From the NCBI GenBank assembly GCA_964371245.1, contig CAYJKP010000001.1, positions 187,042 to 251,041 of the forward strand: a stretch of DNA of 64,000 nt, given 5' to 3'. Of this stretch, positions 48,446-58,782 are shown piece after piece. The DNA comes from an uncultured Gammaproteobacteria bacterium. GTDB taxonomy: Bacteria > Patescibacteriota > Patescibacteriia > JAHIZJ01. The notes under the pieces are model-generated. The model had not been told where the DNA came from. It did no database searches and saw only the letters and a program-made list of their open reading frames with translations. A program made the translations under genes and the position numbers. Each line of letters opens with the position of its first letter. The stretch's first letter is position 1.

Positions 48446-49419
48446 ACAAGTCATCCCAGACTCATCAAATAGCAGGCGAGGCATATAAACCTCGCCTGCG
48501 TCCGTATCTGGTGACGCTTTTCCAGAAGCGCATTTTTCAGTGGTATGCGGCTGAACGGCGCGATTTGCCTTGGCGTCGAACAAAGGATCCATATCGGATC
48601 CTTGTTTCGGAAATAATGCTCCAGCAAACTCAGGTGGCGAGGGTGATCAATAAATACAAGCAATTCACTCGAAAATTTCCGAGTCTTCGCGCGCTTGCCC
48701 GAGCGTCACGACGCCAGGTCCTAATCACCTGGTCAGGTTTGGGGTATAATCGGCGAGCGCTCCAGCTCCACGCCGCTGCGACGATGGTGGTGAAAAAACA
48801 TCACGGTATGTTTCCAAAAACACGTGCCGAGTTGCTGGCCCTGCCAGGTATTGGTGAGGCGACGGCCGGTTCGATTTTGGCGTTTGCCTATCGCCAAGAC
48901 GCTCTGGCGCTGGACGTGAATCTGAAACGGATCATCCAGCGTTTTTTCTACGGCTCGGAATATCGGCAGCCGCAAGGCGCCCAAGTCATCCGCGAAACCG
49001 GCGAGCAAACGATACCGGCCGGTCATGGGTATGATTGGAACCAGGCCTTGATGGATTTTGGCGCGCTCGTCTGTCGGGCTCGCCAGCCCCGTTGTTTAAT
49101 TTGTCCGTTGAAGAGACGCTGCCATGCCAGACCGCAGATTGAACGTGACTTGTTCCAATATGTGAGAAGAAGACACCCTGAACCAGCTCCGGCCTCGGCG
49201 CCAAATGTGCCGAATCGTATTTTCCGCGGCCGGGTAATCGAGCAATTGCGCCAGGAAAAAAATTATCGATTACCGCTTGGCGCGCTGGCTCGGGCAGTGA
49301 AAAAAGATTATGCCCAAACGGATCAACGATGGTTTACCCGTCTTTTATCGGGTTTGGAGCGGGATGGGCTTATTAGACTGAGGCAAAAAAATCACCGTCG
49401 GTATGTGTGTTTGGCGTAA
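48436..49419 (+). CDS. HhH-GPD base-excision DNA glycosylase (MutY/A-G-specific adenine glycosylase-like) with 4Fe-4S cluster
   Basis: LQQTQV, HhH LPGIGEATAGSI, Cx6CxxCx5C cluster ligands (CRARQPRCLICPLKRRC). Confidence 0.7.
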   Translation: MAINKSSQTHQIAGEAYKPRLRPYLVTLFQKRIFQWYAAERRDLPWRRTKDPYRILVSEIMLQQTQVARVINKYKQFTRKFPSLRALARASRRQVLITWSGLGYNRRALQLHAAATMVVKKHHGMFPKTRAELLALPGIGEATAGSILAFAYRQDALALDVNLKRIIQRFFYGSEYRQPQGAQVIRETGEQTIPAGHGYDWNQALMDFGALVCRARQPRCLICPLKRRCHARPQIERDLFQYVRRRHPEPAPASAPNVPNRIFRGRVIEQLRQEKNYRLPLGALARAVKKDYAQTDQRWFTRLLSGLERDGLIRLRQKNHRRYVCLA

Positions 49420-49474
49420 TTCCATGAGCGTTTTGCCGAATCTATAAAAAAGTGGTAAAATAATCTCGATTTGT

Positions 49475-51409
49475 ATGTCAAAAAAAATACTGAAATCTTT
49501 AATATTCGGCCTTTTCCTGGGTATAATTTTTTTGCCCAGGCTTGTGTCGGCAAAAGAGTGGCGCTTCACTGATTGGGCGTCCGTTTTTCTTGTCCAGACG
49601 GACGGTTCGGTTATCGTCCGGGAAACGCGAACGATTGAATTCAAAGACTCATTTACCTGGGTGGAGTCGTATATATTGAAAAATCGGGTTCGGGACATCA
49701 CGGATGTCAAGGTTTTCGATGAGCATAATGCGGAGCTTACGGAGCCGGACGCCATCATCACGGACGAGCCGGACCGCGTGAATATCCGATTGAATTTTAG
49801 TGCCGCCTACGAAACGAAATCCTGGGTATTTCAATATACGATCATCGGCGGCGTTGGTTTTTTTGAAGATCACGACGAGCTGTACTGGAATGTATTGCCG
49901 CTTGACCGCGAAGTGCCGGTTGACGCGGTCACGGCCCAGGTCATCCTGCCGGAAGCCGCGCCCGAACTTGCCAATTATAAGCAGACCATTTATCTCGGAA
50001 CACTCGGTTCAACGATCGAGTCCTCGGACTATTCGTTTCCAGACAACAAAACCATCACCTTTCAGGGCGCCAGTGTCCCGGCCTATGACGGTTTCACCAT
50101 CGTTTCAAGTTGGCCGAAAAATATCGTCCAGGATCCAGGTACACTTCGACTTGAAGCGCGTTTTGGCGATCAGGCGGTCACCGGCAATGTCTATATAAAT
50201 GGTCAATCAGTTAATGGTCAGACCCCGTACGCCTATCAATTGCTGCCAGCGGATGGTCCGGAGAAGACCGTCTCGGTTACCATTAAACGCTTTGGCTACG
50301 CCGCTGAGACGAAAGATTTAACCGTCCATCGCGGGACAACGCAGGCCTACACCTTCGTATTACAAGAGGCGTGGTGGTATCGGGCCGGAAAATATCTCTT
50401 CGCAATCGTGGCCGTCGGTTTATGGATATTCATCTTTATCGCGTTCTGGTTGTATTACCGCCGCTGGAAACGCTTTGGTCAAGATCCCCAAGAGAAAAAA
50501 ACCATTATTGCCCAGTATGAACCGCCGAAGGATATGCGGCCGAGCGAAATGGGCACGGTAATCGATGAGAAAGTGCAGACCCGCGACCTCACGACAATGA
50601 TTGTCGATTTTGCGGTCCGCGGCTATTTGACGATCACCGAAACAGAATCGGGCGTCTTAAGAAAGAAAAAAGACTATCTCCTGACGAAGACCAACAAAGC
50701 GCCGGTCGATCTGCTTGGATATGAACAGCATATGCTGGACAGTCTTTTTACCGGCGTTACGGAGGAGAAAATAAGCGATCTTCAAGCCGATTTCTATCTC
50801 CAGATACCGAAGTTGCGCAGCCTGCTCTATCAGGACGTTGCCGAAAAAGGCTATTTTGAAAAACCACCGGATGCGGTCCGACGCCATTACGCCTGGAAAC
50901 CAGCCGTGCTCATGAGCTTTGGTTTTTTGGCCGTTATTTTTGCCAGCGCGATCATGCCTCTGCTCATTGCGTTGCTGTTACCGCTTGTCTTTGTTGGTCT
51001 CATCGGTTTGATTTTTGCCTTTGTTATGCCAAAGAAGACGGTCCTGGGCGCCGAAGCCCACTGGTGGACCGAGGGTTTTAAGCTGTATCTGTCCACGGCC
51101 GAACGATTTCGGCTGGGCGCGATGACGCCGGAAACCTTTGAAAAATATTTGCCCTATGCCATGGTGCTCGGGGTGGAGAAAAAATGGGCGAACCGTTTTA
51201 AAGATATTGTCATCCAACCGCCAAGCTGGTATCACTCCTCTACGGGTTTGGCCGGCGCCTTTGTTCTTACCAATTTTACCGACCAGCTGTCATCTTTTTC
51301 TACGGCTGCCTCGAGTTCCTTAAGCCATTCTCCGAGCTCGTCGTCATCGGGTTTTTCGGGCGGCTTTTCCGGTGGCGGTGGCGGTGGTGGCGGCGCCAGT
51401 GCCGGTTAA
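49475..51409 (+). CDS. DUF2207-like membrane protein with Gly-rich C-terminal tail
   Basis: 644 aa. Signal peptide, extracellular domain, internal TMs, C-terminal SSSSGFSGGFSGGGGGGGG tail characteristic of the DUF2207 family (from memory). Confidence 0.55.
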   Translation: MSKKILKSLIFGLFLGIIFLPRLVSAKEWRFTDWASVFLVQTDGSVIVRETRTIEFKDSFTWVESYILKNRVRDITDVKVFDEHNAELTEPDAIITDEPDRVNIRLNFSAAYETKSWVFQYTIIGGVGFFEDHDELYWNVLPLDREVPVDAVTAQVILPEAAPELANYKQTIYLGTLGSTIESSDYSFPDNKTITFQGASVPAYDGFTIVSSWPKNIVQDPGTLRLEARFGDQAVTGNVYINGQSVNGQTPYAYQLLPADGPEKTVSVTIKRFGYAAETKDLTVHRGTTQAYTFVLQEAWWYRAGKYLFAIVAVGLWIFIFIAFWLYYRRWKRFGQDPQEKKTIIAQYEPPKDMRPSEMGTVIDEKVQTRDLTTMIVDFAVRGYLTITETESGVLRKKKDYLLTKTNKAPVDLLGYEQHMLDSLFTGVTEEKISDLQADFYLQIPKLRSLLYQDVAEKGYFEKPPDAVRRHYAWKPAVLMSFGFLAVIFASAIMPLLIALLLPLVFVGLIGLIFAFVMPKKTVLGAEAHWWTEGFKLYLSTAERFRLGAMTPETFEKYLPYAMVLGVEKKWANRFKDIVIQPPSWYHSSTGLAGAFVLTNFTDQLSSFSTAASSSLSHSPSSSSSGFSGGFSGGGGGGGGASAG

Positions 51410-51450
51410 TGTGTTATTAATTAAAAAGCTCACAATATAAACATAACATC

Positions 51451-53103
51451 ATGAAACGTTCACTCAAACTTTTCCTTCTTCTCGGCGGCATCGCCCTTTT
51501 TACTGTCGGTTGTCAGCTGCCGTTCACAAAGAAGATCGTTACGCTTCCATTATTAGAGAAGTCGCCAGCCAAAGTCTCTCAACTGAATAAAGAGAAAACC
51601 GTCGCTATCACCACCAGCCACATGGAATTGACCGCCGACGTGACGGGTACGAGCGATGATGCGACCGGGGACATGAGCGGAACCTTTACACTAAAAGCCG
51701 ACGCCGACGTTCCGGCTAAGAAAATGCAGGGTTCGCTGACTGGGACGATTACTGCGGCGAACGCATCGTATAATTTTGGCCTCGATCTGCGTTCATTGAA
51801 CGACGTCGCCTATTTGAGACTGACCACCTTGCCGACACTGCCCGGCGCAGCGAGCAACGTTTTTTCAGATATTACAAATGTCTGGTATCGCCTTGATCCG
51901 GCTGAGCTCCAAAACGATCTGTCGAATACGCTGGGCGATATTACCAGCCTCGTGCCCGGAACAGCGGGAACAAATACCAACACAAACGGTAATGTTAACT
52001 CAACAATCAACAGCAATGCGAATTTGAATCTCAATGCCGCCCTGAATACCAATACGCAGGAAGAAATCTTTAATCGCATAACTGATTTTGCGAAGAATGC
52101 AAATCTGTATTCACTGGGCGAGCGTTTGGCGGACGAAAAAGTCGGTGATGTGAATTGTTACCATTATAAGATCGTTATCAATTCGACTGAAGTAAAAAAA
52201 CTTCTGAAGGAAATTGTGAGTGCTGAGGGCGATTTGCTGCAAGGGGTAACGGGTCTGGGTGGAGCGACGGTTGACCAAAACGCATCTGTCGATGAAGCGA
52301 TGGAAATCCTGAACGACATGAACGGTGAAATCTGGATCGGAAAAAAGGATTACTTAACCCATAAGGTTACGATGAATCTCACCACCACTCAGGAAACACA
52401 AACGCTTACGGTGAGAGTGTCATTGGTTAGTAGCAATTTCAACCAACCCGTGACGGTCGAGGCGCCTGTTGATTCGAAAAGCTTTTCCGAATTGATCCAG
52501 AGCGTGATGACAATATTCTTTGGGATGATGCCGACTGATATAAGTAATGTAACGGATACAAGTGCCGAAGTGACGAGTCTCACAGGGGACGAAAAACAGA
52601 TGGCCCAGCTTGGCTCAATTAAATCAACCCTCGCGTTGTACCACGCAAAAAACAAAGCGTATCCGGCAAAGTTGTCTGACGCAAAAACGTTTATTGAATC
52701 TAGCTGCAATATGGTTGGTGACGATGGTTATGCCTGTCAATTGCTCGATCACTTCATCGCCGTTGATGTGAATACGGGGCAAGCCTATGAGTATACAGTG
52801 GCTAATAATTCCTACGCGTTGAGTTATGCCATGCTGGTGTCGTCCAGCCAATATGACGCCGGCCAAAATACCATGACTCCAGATTCGCATTCCCTTGAGG
52901 CGTCCCCGAATGGGGAAAAAGATAGCGATAATGACGGCTTGATTGATGAAGAAGAATTAAGTTTCGAGACTGATGATCAGGTGGCTGATACTGATGGCGA
53001 CGGATTTCTTGATGGTCTGGAAGTGCTGAGTGGGTATAATCCACTGGGCGATGGGGAACTAGCCAGTCTGCCCGTGAACGTTAATACGCGTCTTCTTCAA
53101 TAG
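51451..53103 (+). CDS. Putative secreted lipoprotein with Asn/Thr-rich region and C-terminal DxDxDG calcium-binding repeats
   Basis: Signal peptide with Cys (LFTVGC). Low-complexity TNTNTNGNVNST region. C-terminal DSDNDGLIDEEE...DTDGDGFLDGLE (thrombospondin-3/dockerin-like). Confidence 0.5.
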   Translation: MKRSLKLFLLLGGIALFTVGCQLPFTKKIVTLPLLEKSPAKVSQLNKEKTVAITTSHMELTADVTGTSDDATGDMSGTFTLKADADVPAKKMQGSLTGTITAANASYNFGLDLRSLNDVAYLRLTTLPTLPGAASNVFSDITNVWYRLDPAELQNDLSNTLGDITSLVPGTAGTNTNTNGNVNSTINSNANLNLNAALNTNTQEEIFNRITDFAKNANLYSLGERLADEKVGDVNCYHYKIVINSTEVKKLLKEIVSAEGDLLQGVTGLGGATVDQNASVDEAMEILNDMNGEIWIGKKDYLTHKVTMNLTTTQETQTLTVRVSLVSSNFNQPVTVEAPVDSKSFSELIQSVMTIFFGMMPTDISNVTDTSAEVTSLTGDEKQMAQLGSIKSTLALYHAKNKAYPAKLSDAKTFIESSCNMVGDDGYACQLLDHFIAVDVNTGQAYEYTVANNSYALSYAMLVSSSQYDAGQNTMTPDSHSLEASPNGEKDSDNDGLIDEEELSFETDDQVADTDGDGFLDGLEVLSGYNPLGDGELASLPVNVNTRLLQ

Positions 53104-53168
53104 GAACCAGAAAAAACAGATTAACATTTGTTGATTATTTTTCCATAGCCTAGCAAGCAACCAGCACC

Positions 53169-54257
53169 ATGGTAAAAAGAATTATTATTTTATTCGTTGC
53201 ACTCGCCAGTCTGATGGGCCTGGTTTATTATTGGCCCACTGACGGTTCTTCGACCGGGCAAGTGAAGGGGCGGATTGTTAATCGTACCGGGGTTGGGTCA
53301 TTGGCGTCAGACTGGGAGCGTCCCTATATCTCCGATCGCACGGGGCAATGGAAAATATTTTTTATCAGTGACGATCGAAGCGGGGGGAGCGCGATGATAC
53401 CAGGCAATCAGCCGCAGTTATTACCGACTGAAATTTCTAACAACCATTGGCTCTATTTCACCCAAGAAGAAGGGTTTTACAAGCTGTGGCGGTTTACGGC
53501 CGACAATAGCGCCAGTCAATTTATTTTAGCCCTCCGTCACCAGCCGACCAGCCTAACAGTAACTCGTGACGGCCGTTTGGCGGTTTATGCGCTTGCCGAC
53601 GATACCGGTATCGGACAGCGTACTTTTCTAGTGACGCTAGAAACGGGCGCGGTAAAAGAAATTGTTTCGGGAGCGCGCAGTTTAATATTCTCACCCGATA
53701 ATCGCCGGATTGTGTATAATACCACCGAAGGGTTATTCGCCTCGGAAATTTCCCGCGAGCTGGCCGTAGGCGACCCGCTCACAATCGCCTCGGGTGACAG
53801 CTACGCTCCAATCTATGCGGCCGACGGCGACAATATTTACTATATTGAAAATGTTGAAGGCGAGTATTTGCTGAACCGCCTTGACCTGAGAACGGGAACG
53901 ATCCAAACGCTCATATCACTTGGGGTCAATCCTGGAATAACCGATTGGTCGCTCGAGCTTTCGCCTGACGGCAAAAAGCTTGTTTATTGCGGTTCGGTGG
54001 ATAAAAGCTATATTCATACCGTCATCGGCCGCGTTATGGTCGATGGCAGTGGATCGAAAATATTATCGCAGGATGGCGGCGAGGCCCATTGGTCGAAATC
54101 AGGACAGCTGATTTTCTTTAATTCGCTTGAATTCACGACGCTTGGCCCTCGCTTGCAGATTTGGCGCATGGACGAAGAGGGGAATAATCGGGAAGCGGTT
54201 GCCTGGGAAGGGAATAATTGGCTAAGCCAAATACCGCAGCCGATTCAGCCGGATTAA
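53169..54257 (+). CDS. PD40/TolB-like beta-propeller repeat protein with N-terminal anchor
   Basis: Repeated FSPDNRRIVY / LSPDGKKLVYCGS PD40-type motifs. 362 aa. Confidence 0.55.
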   Translation: MVKRIIILFVALASLMGLVYYWPTDGSSTGQVKGRIVNRTGVGSLASDWERPYISDRTGQWKIFFISDDRSGGSAMIPGNQPQLLPTEISNNHWLYFTQEEGFYKLWRFTADNSASQFILALRHQPTSLTVTRDGRLAVYALADDTGIGQRTFLVTLETGAVKEIVSGARSLIFSPDNRRIVYNTTEGLFASEISRELAVGDPLTIASGDSYAPIYAADGDNIYYIENVEGEYLLNRLDLRTGTIQTLISLGVNPGITDWSLELSPDGKKLVYCGSVDKSYIHTVIGRVMVDGSGSKILSQDGGEAHWSKSGQLIFFNSLEFTTLGPRLQIWRMDEEGNNREAVAWEGNNWLSQIPQPIQPD

Positions 54258-54272
54258 GTACTGAACCACGTT

Positions 54273-54983
54273 ATGGCACGAGTGTATCCTAAATCACAAA
54301 CCAACCAGGTAAACAAAAAGTCCGACCGACGCGGCCGGCGTCGACGTTTTTGGCTAGGCCCGAGGAGTTGCCTCGGACAGTTCATGTTTGTTTTGATATT
54401 AATTGCTCTTGGCTTGGGGATTGCGGTCGCGCGGACCGGTTTAGTTACCATACCGATTCTCACGCCACTGTTTTATCATCCGGTCGAGCCAACCCGGAAG
54501 ATTCAATTGAACCGAGCGGAACTTCATAATATCGGTCCGACACTCTCTGAAATTTTAGAACAATACCGTTCCGAGGGACGCCTTGACCTGCCGTTGTCCG
54601 AGGAAAACCTTACCAAACTGTTGCAGGTGGCGCTGGTGGAGCGCGAGCAACCGACCCTCCAAGACATACAGGCGGTCATCGAGCCAGACGGGATCGAAGT
54701 CTCCGGTCAATTACACTCGCGTCGCTATCCGTATCATTTTGACATGACTGTTTGGCCGACTGTTAAAAAGGGAAAAATTACTTTTTCTGTTCGCCGCGCC
54801 CATCTTGAGCGCGTACCGTTGCCCGCCTCATTGGGCAATGCGATCGTCCATAATTATCTCGCCGCCTCGGAAAATACCGTCAATCGTGCGATGAGCCAGT
54901 ATCTCGAGGTTTCGAACATACAGCTGTCGTCTCGAACGGCTATTATCACCGGGCGCGTCCTCCAGTCGCGGCTACCATTTTAA
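54273..54983 (+). CDS. Hypothetical membrane-anchored protein (likely start at internal Met about 54384)
   Basis: Arg-rich leader then one TM (MFVLILIALGLGIAV). No motif. Confidence 0.4.
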   Translation: MARVYPKSQTNQVNKKSDRRGRRRRFWLGPRSCLGQFMFVLILIALGLGIAVARTGLVTIPILTPLFYHPVEPTRKIQLNRAELHNIGPTLSEILEQYRSEGRLDLPLSEENLTKLLQVALVEREQPTLQDIQAVIEPDGIEVSGQLHSRRYPYHFDMTVWPTVKKGKITFSVRRAHLERVPLPASLGNAIVHNYLAASENTVNRAMSQYLEVSNIQLSSRTAIITGRVLQSRLPF

Positions 54984-54987
54984 ATTC

Positions 54988-55749
54988 ATGCTTTTATTTC
55001 GACGGTCCATACCATTTATCTCAACCCTCCTCATTGGTTTTATCTATGAGTCGCTTTGTTTGAGGCCGGAAAATGTTTATTGGTATTGGGTCGGCCTTCT
55101 CCTCGTTGTCGCCGGCACGCAACTCGCGTTGTCAAAAAAGGCGCGTTTAATTGAGACGGTTATCTTAGGCATCAGCCAAATACTTTTTCTCTCCGGCACC
55201 TATTATTTTATTTTCTTTGTCGAAGGATCGACCATCCGCCAACTTTTAATTGGTCTCGCCTTAATCATCAATCTCTTCTACCTAACCAACATTTTCTATT
55301 ACCATTTCCGAACTGAAAAGTATCAGGTAAACGCCCTCCAAAACATTTCAAGCTTTTTGAATCTGATTTCTATCTTTACAATCAGCAGTGTTGGCTTTAG
55401 CCTGATACTCTATCTCGGGTGGCCATCGTGGCTGATCAGCCTTGGGGTCGCGCTGGCATCAGCCGTGCTCTGTTATCAAACATATTGGGTAAACAAAATC
55501 GTTGGCCCCGCCACTTTTCTGTTCGCCGGCATTACCGGTTTGATCGGGGGTGAGGTCTTTTGGGCGGCTACGTTCTTGCCCTCAAGTTTTTTAGTAAATG
55601 GCGCAATAGTTACGGTGGTCAACTATTCAATCGTAAATTTAGCCCGGCATTATTTTGCCGGAAACCTACAAAAGAGCGTCATCTGGCGATATTTAATAAT
55701 TAGCGCAACTGTGCTATTATTAACTCTAGTCACGGCGCGTTGGAAGTAA
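54988..55749 (+). CDS. Hypothetical polytopic membrane protein
   Basis: 253 aa with about 8 TMs. Confidence 0.45.
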   Translation: MLLFRRSIPFISTLLIGFIYESLCLRPENVYWYWVGLLLVVAGTQLALSKKARLIETVILGISQILFLSGTYYFIFFVEGSTIRQLLIGLALIINLFYLTNIFYYHFRTEKYQVNALQNISSFLNLISIFTISSVGFSLILYLGWPSWLISLGVALASAVLCYQTYWVNKIVGPATFLFAGITGLIGGEVFWAATFLPSSFLVNGAIVTVVNYSIVNLARHYFAGNLQKSVIWRYLIISATVLLLTLVTARWK

Positions 55750-55767
55750 ATCTTTGAATCATTCCCT

Positions 55768-56997
55768 ATGGAACTTAAACCGACTCCGACTTCACCAAAA
55801 GCAAAACAAAACGCCGATATCGAAACACTTTTTCGCGATAAGAATTTTACCGAGCTCCATCGTCCTGGTCCACGGAACAGCCGCACCTTTATTATCCTGC
55901 TATCAATCGTCATTGCCATATTTTCAGGTTTTTTTGGGGGAATGTTTTTCTACTATTTCTTCCCAAACCAGTCAAACCAGACCGGTCAGGTTACCTTTCG
56001 CTCGGCCCGAGGCTCTGAATTAACACCTGAAAAAATTAACGAACTCCGGGATAATACCCAGCGTGGCTTAATCAGTTTTTTTGTGAAAAAGGAGGCTACG
56101 GTATCAACTGATCCGCGCAGCGACCTCTATCATCCCTGGGAGCAGTTGGCGACCGGCTTAGCGGTAACGAGCGATGGTTGGATTGTGGCACCTCGTTTTG
56201 CCTTTACCAATCTCAGTGCCAGCTATGTCGGCGTGAATTCCGAGGGTACGGTGTTTACCGTCCAGAAGATTATGGCTGATCCGACGAGCGCACTGTATTT
56301 TTTAAAAATAGACACAAACAATTTGCCCGTTGTTGATTTTGCCACCTCAGATGATATCTTTGCCGGCGATGAAATATTTATCGTCACCAATAACGGTCAA
56401 ACCTTGCCGAATTTATTTTCGACGGACATCACCCAGTTAAAACATTTTTCCTACACGTCACTCGCGGATTATATCGAGTCGAGCGACCAGTACCGGAGCC
56501 GGGCAATATTGAAAGACCCCCTGACCGCAAATTATCAAGGCGCCGTAGCTGTGAATGGGTCTGGTAAAATACTGGGAATAGTGACCGCGAAAGAATGGCC
56601 GTCAAATGAACTTGTCTTAGGCTATCAAATCCAACCAGGTTTAGCCAGCTTGTTAAAAAGAGGCGAAGTTGTTCGTCCGACGCTCGGCGTGCATTATCTC
56701 GATCTCAGTCGCAAGACCAATTATCCGCCAACGAATACCGAGGGGAGGAAAGCCGGCGCGCTCATCTTCGGTGACCGCGATACAAATCTGCCGGCCGTCG
56801 AACCGGGGAGCGCGGCTGAAAAGTCTGGTTTACAGAAAGGCGACATTATTATTAAGGTGAATGATCTCACGCTTGATGAACAGCAAGATCTTACCGATGC
56901 CGTCCAGGATTTTTCACCGGGGGATACTGTGAAGCTGAAAGTCATTCGTTCGTCGAAGGAAATTACCGTCGAGGTTACCCTAAATTCTCAGAAATAA
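55768..56997 (+). CDS. HtrA/DegP-like protein with C-terminal PDZ domain, catalytic triad apparently not conserved
   Basis: N-terminal TM, trypsin-like fold segments, PDZ (GDIIIKVNDLTLDEQQDLTDAVQDFSPGDTVKLKV). The position aligning to GNSGGP reads ANYQGA. Confidence 0.5.
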   Translation: MELKPTPTSPKAKQNADIETLFRDKNFTELHRPGPRNSRTFIILLSIVIAIFSGFFGGMFFYYFFPNQSNQTGQVTFRSARGSELTPEKINELRDNTQRGLISFFVKKEATVSTDPRSDLYHPWEQLATGLAVTSDGWIVAPRFAFTNLSASYVGVNSEGTVFTVQKIMADPTSALYFLKIDTNNLPVVDFATSDDIFAGDEIFIVTNNGQTLPNLFSTDITQLKHFSYTSLADYIESSDQYRSRAILKDPLTANYQGAVAVNGSGKILGIVTAKEWPSNELVLGYQIQPGLASLLKRGEVVRPTLGVHYLDLSRKTNYPPTNTEGRKAGALIFGDRDTNLPAVEPGSAAEKSGLQKGDIIIKVNDLTLDEQQDLTDAVQDFSPGDTVKLKVIRSSKEITVEVTLNSQK

Positions 56998-57005
56998 CGA
57001 TCACT

Positions 57006-57728
57006 ATGTTACTTTCCCTTATTATTCCAGCCTACAACGAAGAAAAGCGAATCCGCAAGACGCTTGAGCTGTTTGTGCGAGAACTTTGCCCCGGCGACAA
57101 AGAGATTATTGTCGTTTTGAATGGCTGCACCGACAACACGCGGTCGGTCGTTGAACAGGCGGCTCGAGACTTCGGTAGCGAAATAAAAATTGAAGAGCTC
57201 GCAATCGGTGGCAAAGGGTTGGCCGTGGTGCATGGTTTTAAAAAGGCGACCGGCGATCTAATTGGATTCGTCGATGCGGACGGGGCGACAAGCCCGCATG
57301 AATATCAAAAACTGGTTGAAGCCATCACGCAGGGCAAGGCTGATGGGGCAATCGCCTCGCGCTGGCTAGCCGGATCGCACGTCGTCGCCCGGACCTCGTT
57401 TTTCCGCGAAATAATCAGCCAGGCGTTTTTCATTATTACAAAGCTCCTGTTTTGGCTGCCGTTCCGCGACACCCAGTGCGGCGCCAAATTGTTCCGTCGC
57501 GAAGTCGCCCAAGCCGTCCTGCCGAAATTAAAGGTGATGAATATGGCTTTTGACGTCGAGCTGTTGTTATTGACCAAACAGGCGAAGTACCGGGTTACTG
57601 AGGTACCGACGGAGTGGATTGATCAATCAATATCAGCTACCTTCGGCTCGCCGCTGAAGGTTATAAAAACCAGCTTTAATATGTTTTTTTCTCTTTTTAA
57701 AATACGTTTTCAACATTTACGATCCTAA
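57006..57728 (+). CDS. Glycosyltransferase family 2 (polyprenyl-phosphate sugar synthase, DPM1/GtrB-like)
   Basis: LSLIIPAYNEE, DxD region (FVDADG), QCG(AKLFRR) catalytic region. 240 aa. Confidence 0.75.
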   Translation: MLLSLIIPAYNEEKRIRKTLELFVRELCPGDKEIIVVLNGCTDNTRSVVEQAARDFGSEIKIEELAIGGKGLAVVHGFKKATGDLIGFVDADGATSPHEYQKLVEAITQGKADGAIASRWLAGSHVVARTSFFREIISQAFFIITKLLFWLPFRDTQCGAKLFRREVAQAVLPKLKVMNMAFDVELLLLTKQAKYRVTEVPTEWIDQSISATFGSPLKVIKTSFNMFFSLFKIRFQHLRS

Positions 57729-57731
57729 CGT

Positions 57732-58760
57732 ATGTCGGTGGTACAACTGGTCCAGCAAAAAAATATACTGGTGACGGGCGGCGCCGGGTTCATCGGCAGT
57801 CACCTCTGTGACATCTTGGTCAAACAGGGAAACGTCATCTGCCTTGATAATTTCATCACCGGACACATCAGCAATATTGAGCACCTGCTCCACTTGTCGA
57901 ATTTTGAATTTGTCAAACACGATATTGTCGAGTCGATTGACCTTGAGGCTCTGCCCGAGCTGAAAAAATTCAAAATCCCGTTCCACGGCATTCAAGAAAT
58001 ATACCATCTGGCCTGCCCGACCTCGCACTATGAAAATCACGCCCATCAGCTGGCAACGGCCTTGACGAACGGCATCGGCACAAAACACATTCTCGATCTC
58101 ACGGTTAAATATCGGGCGGTATTGTTGTTTACCTCCAGCGAGGCGATCTATGGTTGGCCAACGGATAAGGATAGTATGGCGCCCTATCACGAGGAATATT
58201 GGGGGTATGTAAATCCCCTGAGCAGCCGTGGGTGTTATGACGAAGGGAAGCGCTATGCCGAAAGCTTGATTACGGTTTATCGCGATGAACATAAACTGGA
58301 CACGCGCATTCTCCGCATCTTCCCGACCTATGGACCGCGCATGAGCCTGCGGGACAACCGCATGATCCCACGCTTGATTTCAGAGGCCTTGAATAATCAG
58401 AAAATGCTCATCTATGGACAGCCGACTGATCGTACGACGCTGTGTTATATTACCGACGTGATCGAATCAATCACAAAAATGATGAAGTCGGAACTCGCCG
58501 GCCCGATCAATATTGGCAGTGAAAATACCGTAAGCCTAAAGGAAATCGGAGAAAAGATAAAAACCATCACCGGCGCGACCTCTGAAATTGCCTTCGAAAA
58601 AGGGTCTCCGTTTACGCACTATCGGGCCACACCGGATATTACGTTGGCGCGAAATAAACTCGGCTGGTTTCCAGTCGTGCCGCTCGATGAGGGCCTGCGC
58701 TTAACGATCGAGGACATGCGCGGTAGTCAGGTCGTCGGCATCCAAGACATCAAAGTATAA
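57732..58760 (+). CDS. NAD-dependent epimerase/dehydratase, UDP-glucuronate decarboxylase (UDP-xylose synthase)-like
   Basis: ILVTGGAGFIGSHLCD...VICLDNFITG matches the UXS N-terminus. Extended-SDR fold with YxxxK. Confidence 0.7.
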   Translation: MSVVQLVQQKNILVTGGAGFIGSHLCDILVKQGNVICLDNFITGHISNIEHLLHLSNFEFVKHDIVESIDLEALPELKKFKIPFHGIQEIYHLACPTSHYENHAHQLATALTNGIGTKHILDLTVKYRAVLLFTSSEAIYGWPTDKDSMAPYHEEYWGYVNPLSSRGCYDEGKRYAESLITVYRDEHKLDTRILRIFPTYGPRMSLRDNRMIPRLISEALNNQKMLIYGQPTDRTTLCYITDVIESITKMMKSELAGPINIGSENTVSLKEIGEKIKTITGATSEIAFEKGSPFTHYRATPDITLARNKLGWFPVVPLDEGLRLTIEDMRGSQVVGIQDIKV

Positions 58761-58782
58761 CAACTAATAATAAGAAGAACGT

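Noticed and set aside
40634-58292. Antisense ORFs (40634-40990+, 57717-58292-)
   Set aside because: They lie opposite the secreted-protein gene 40640-41188 and the UXS-like gene and have no start context or motifs.
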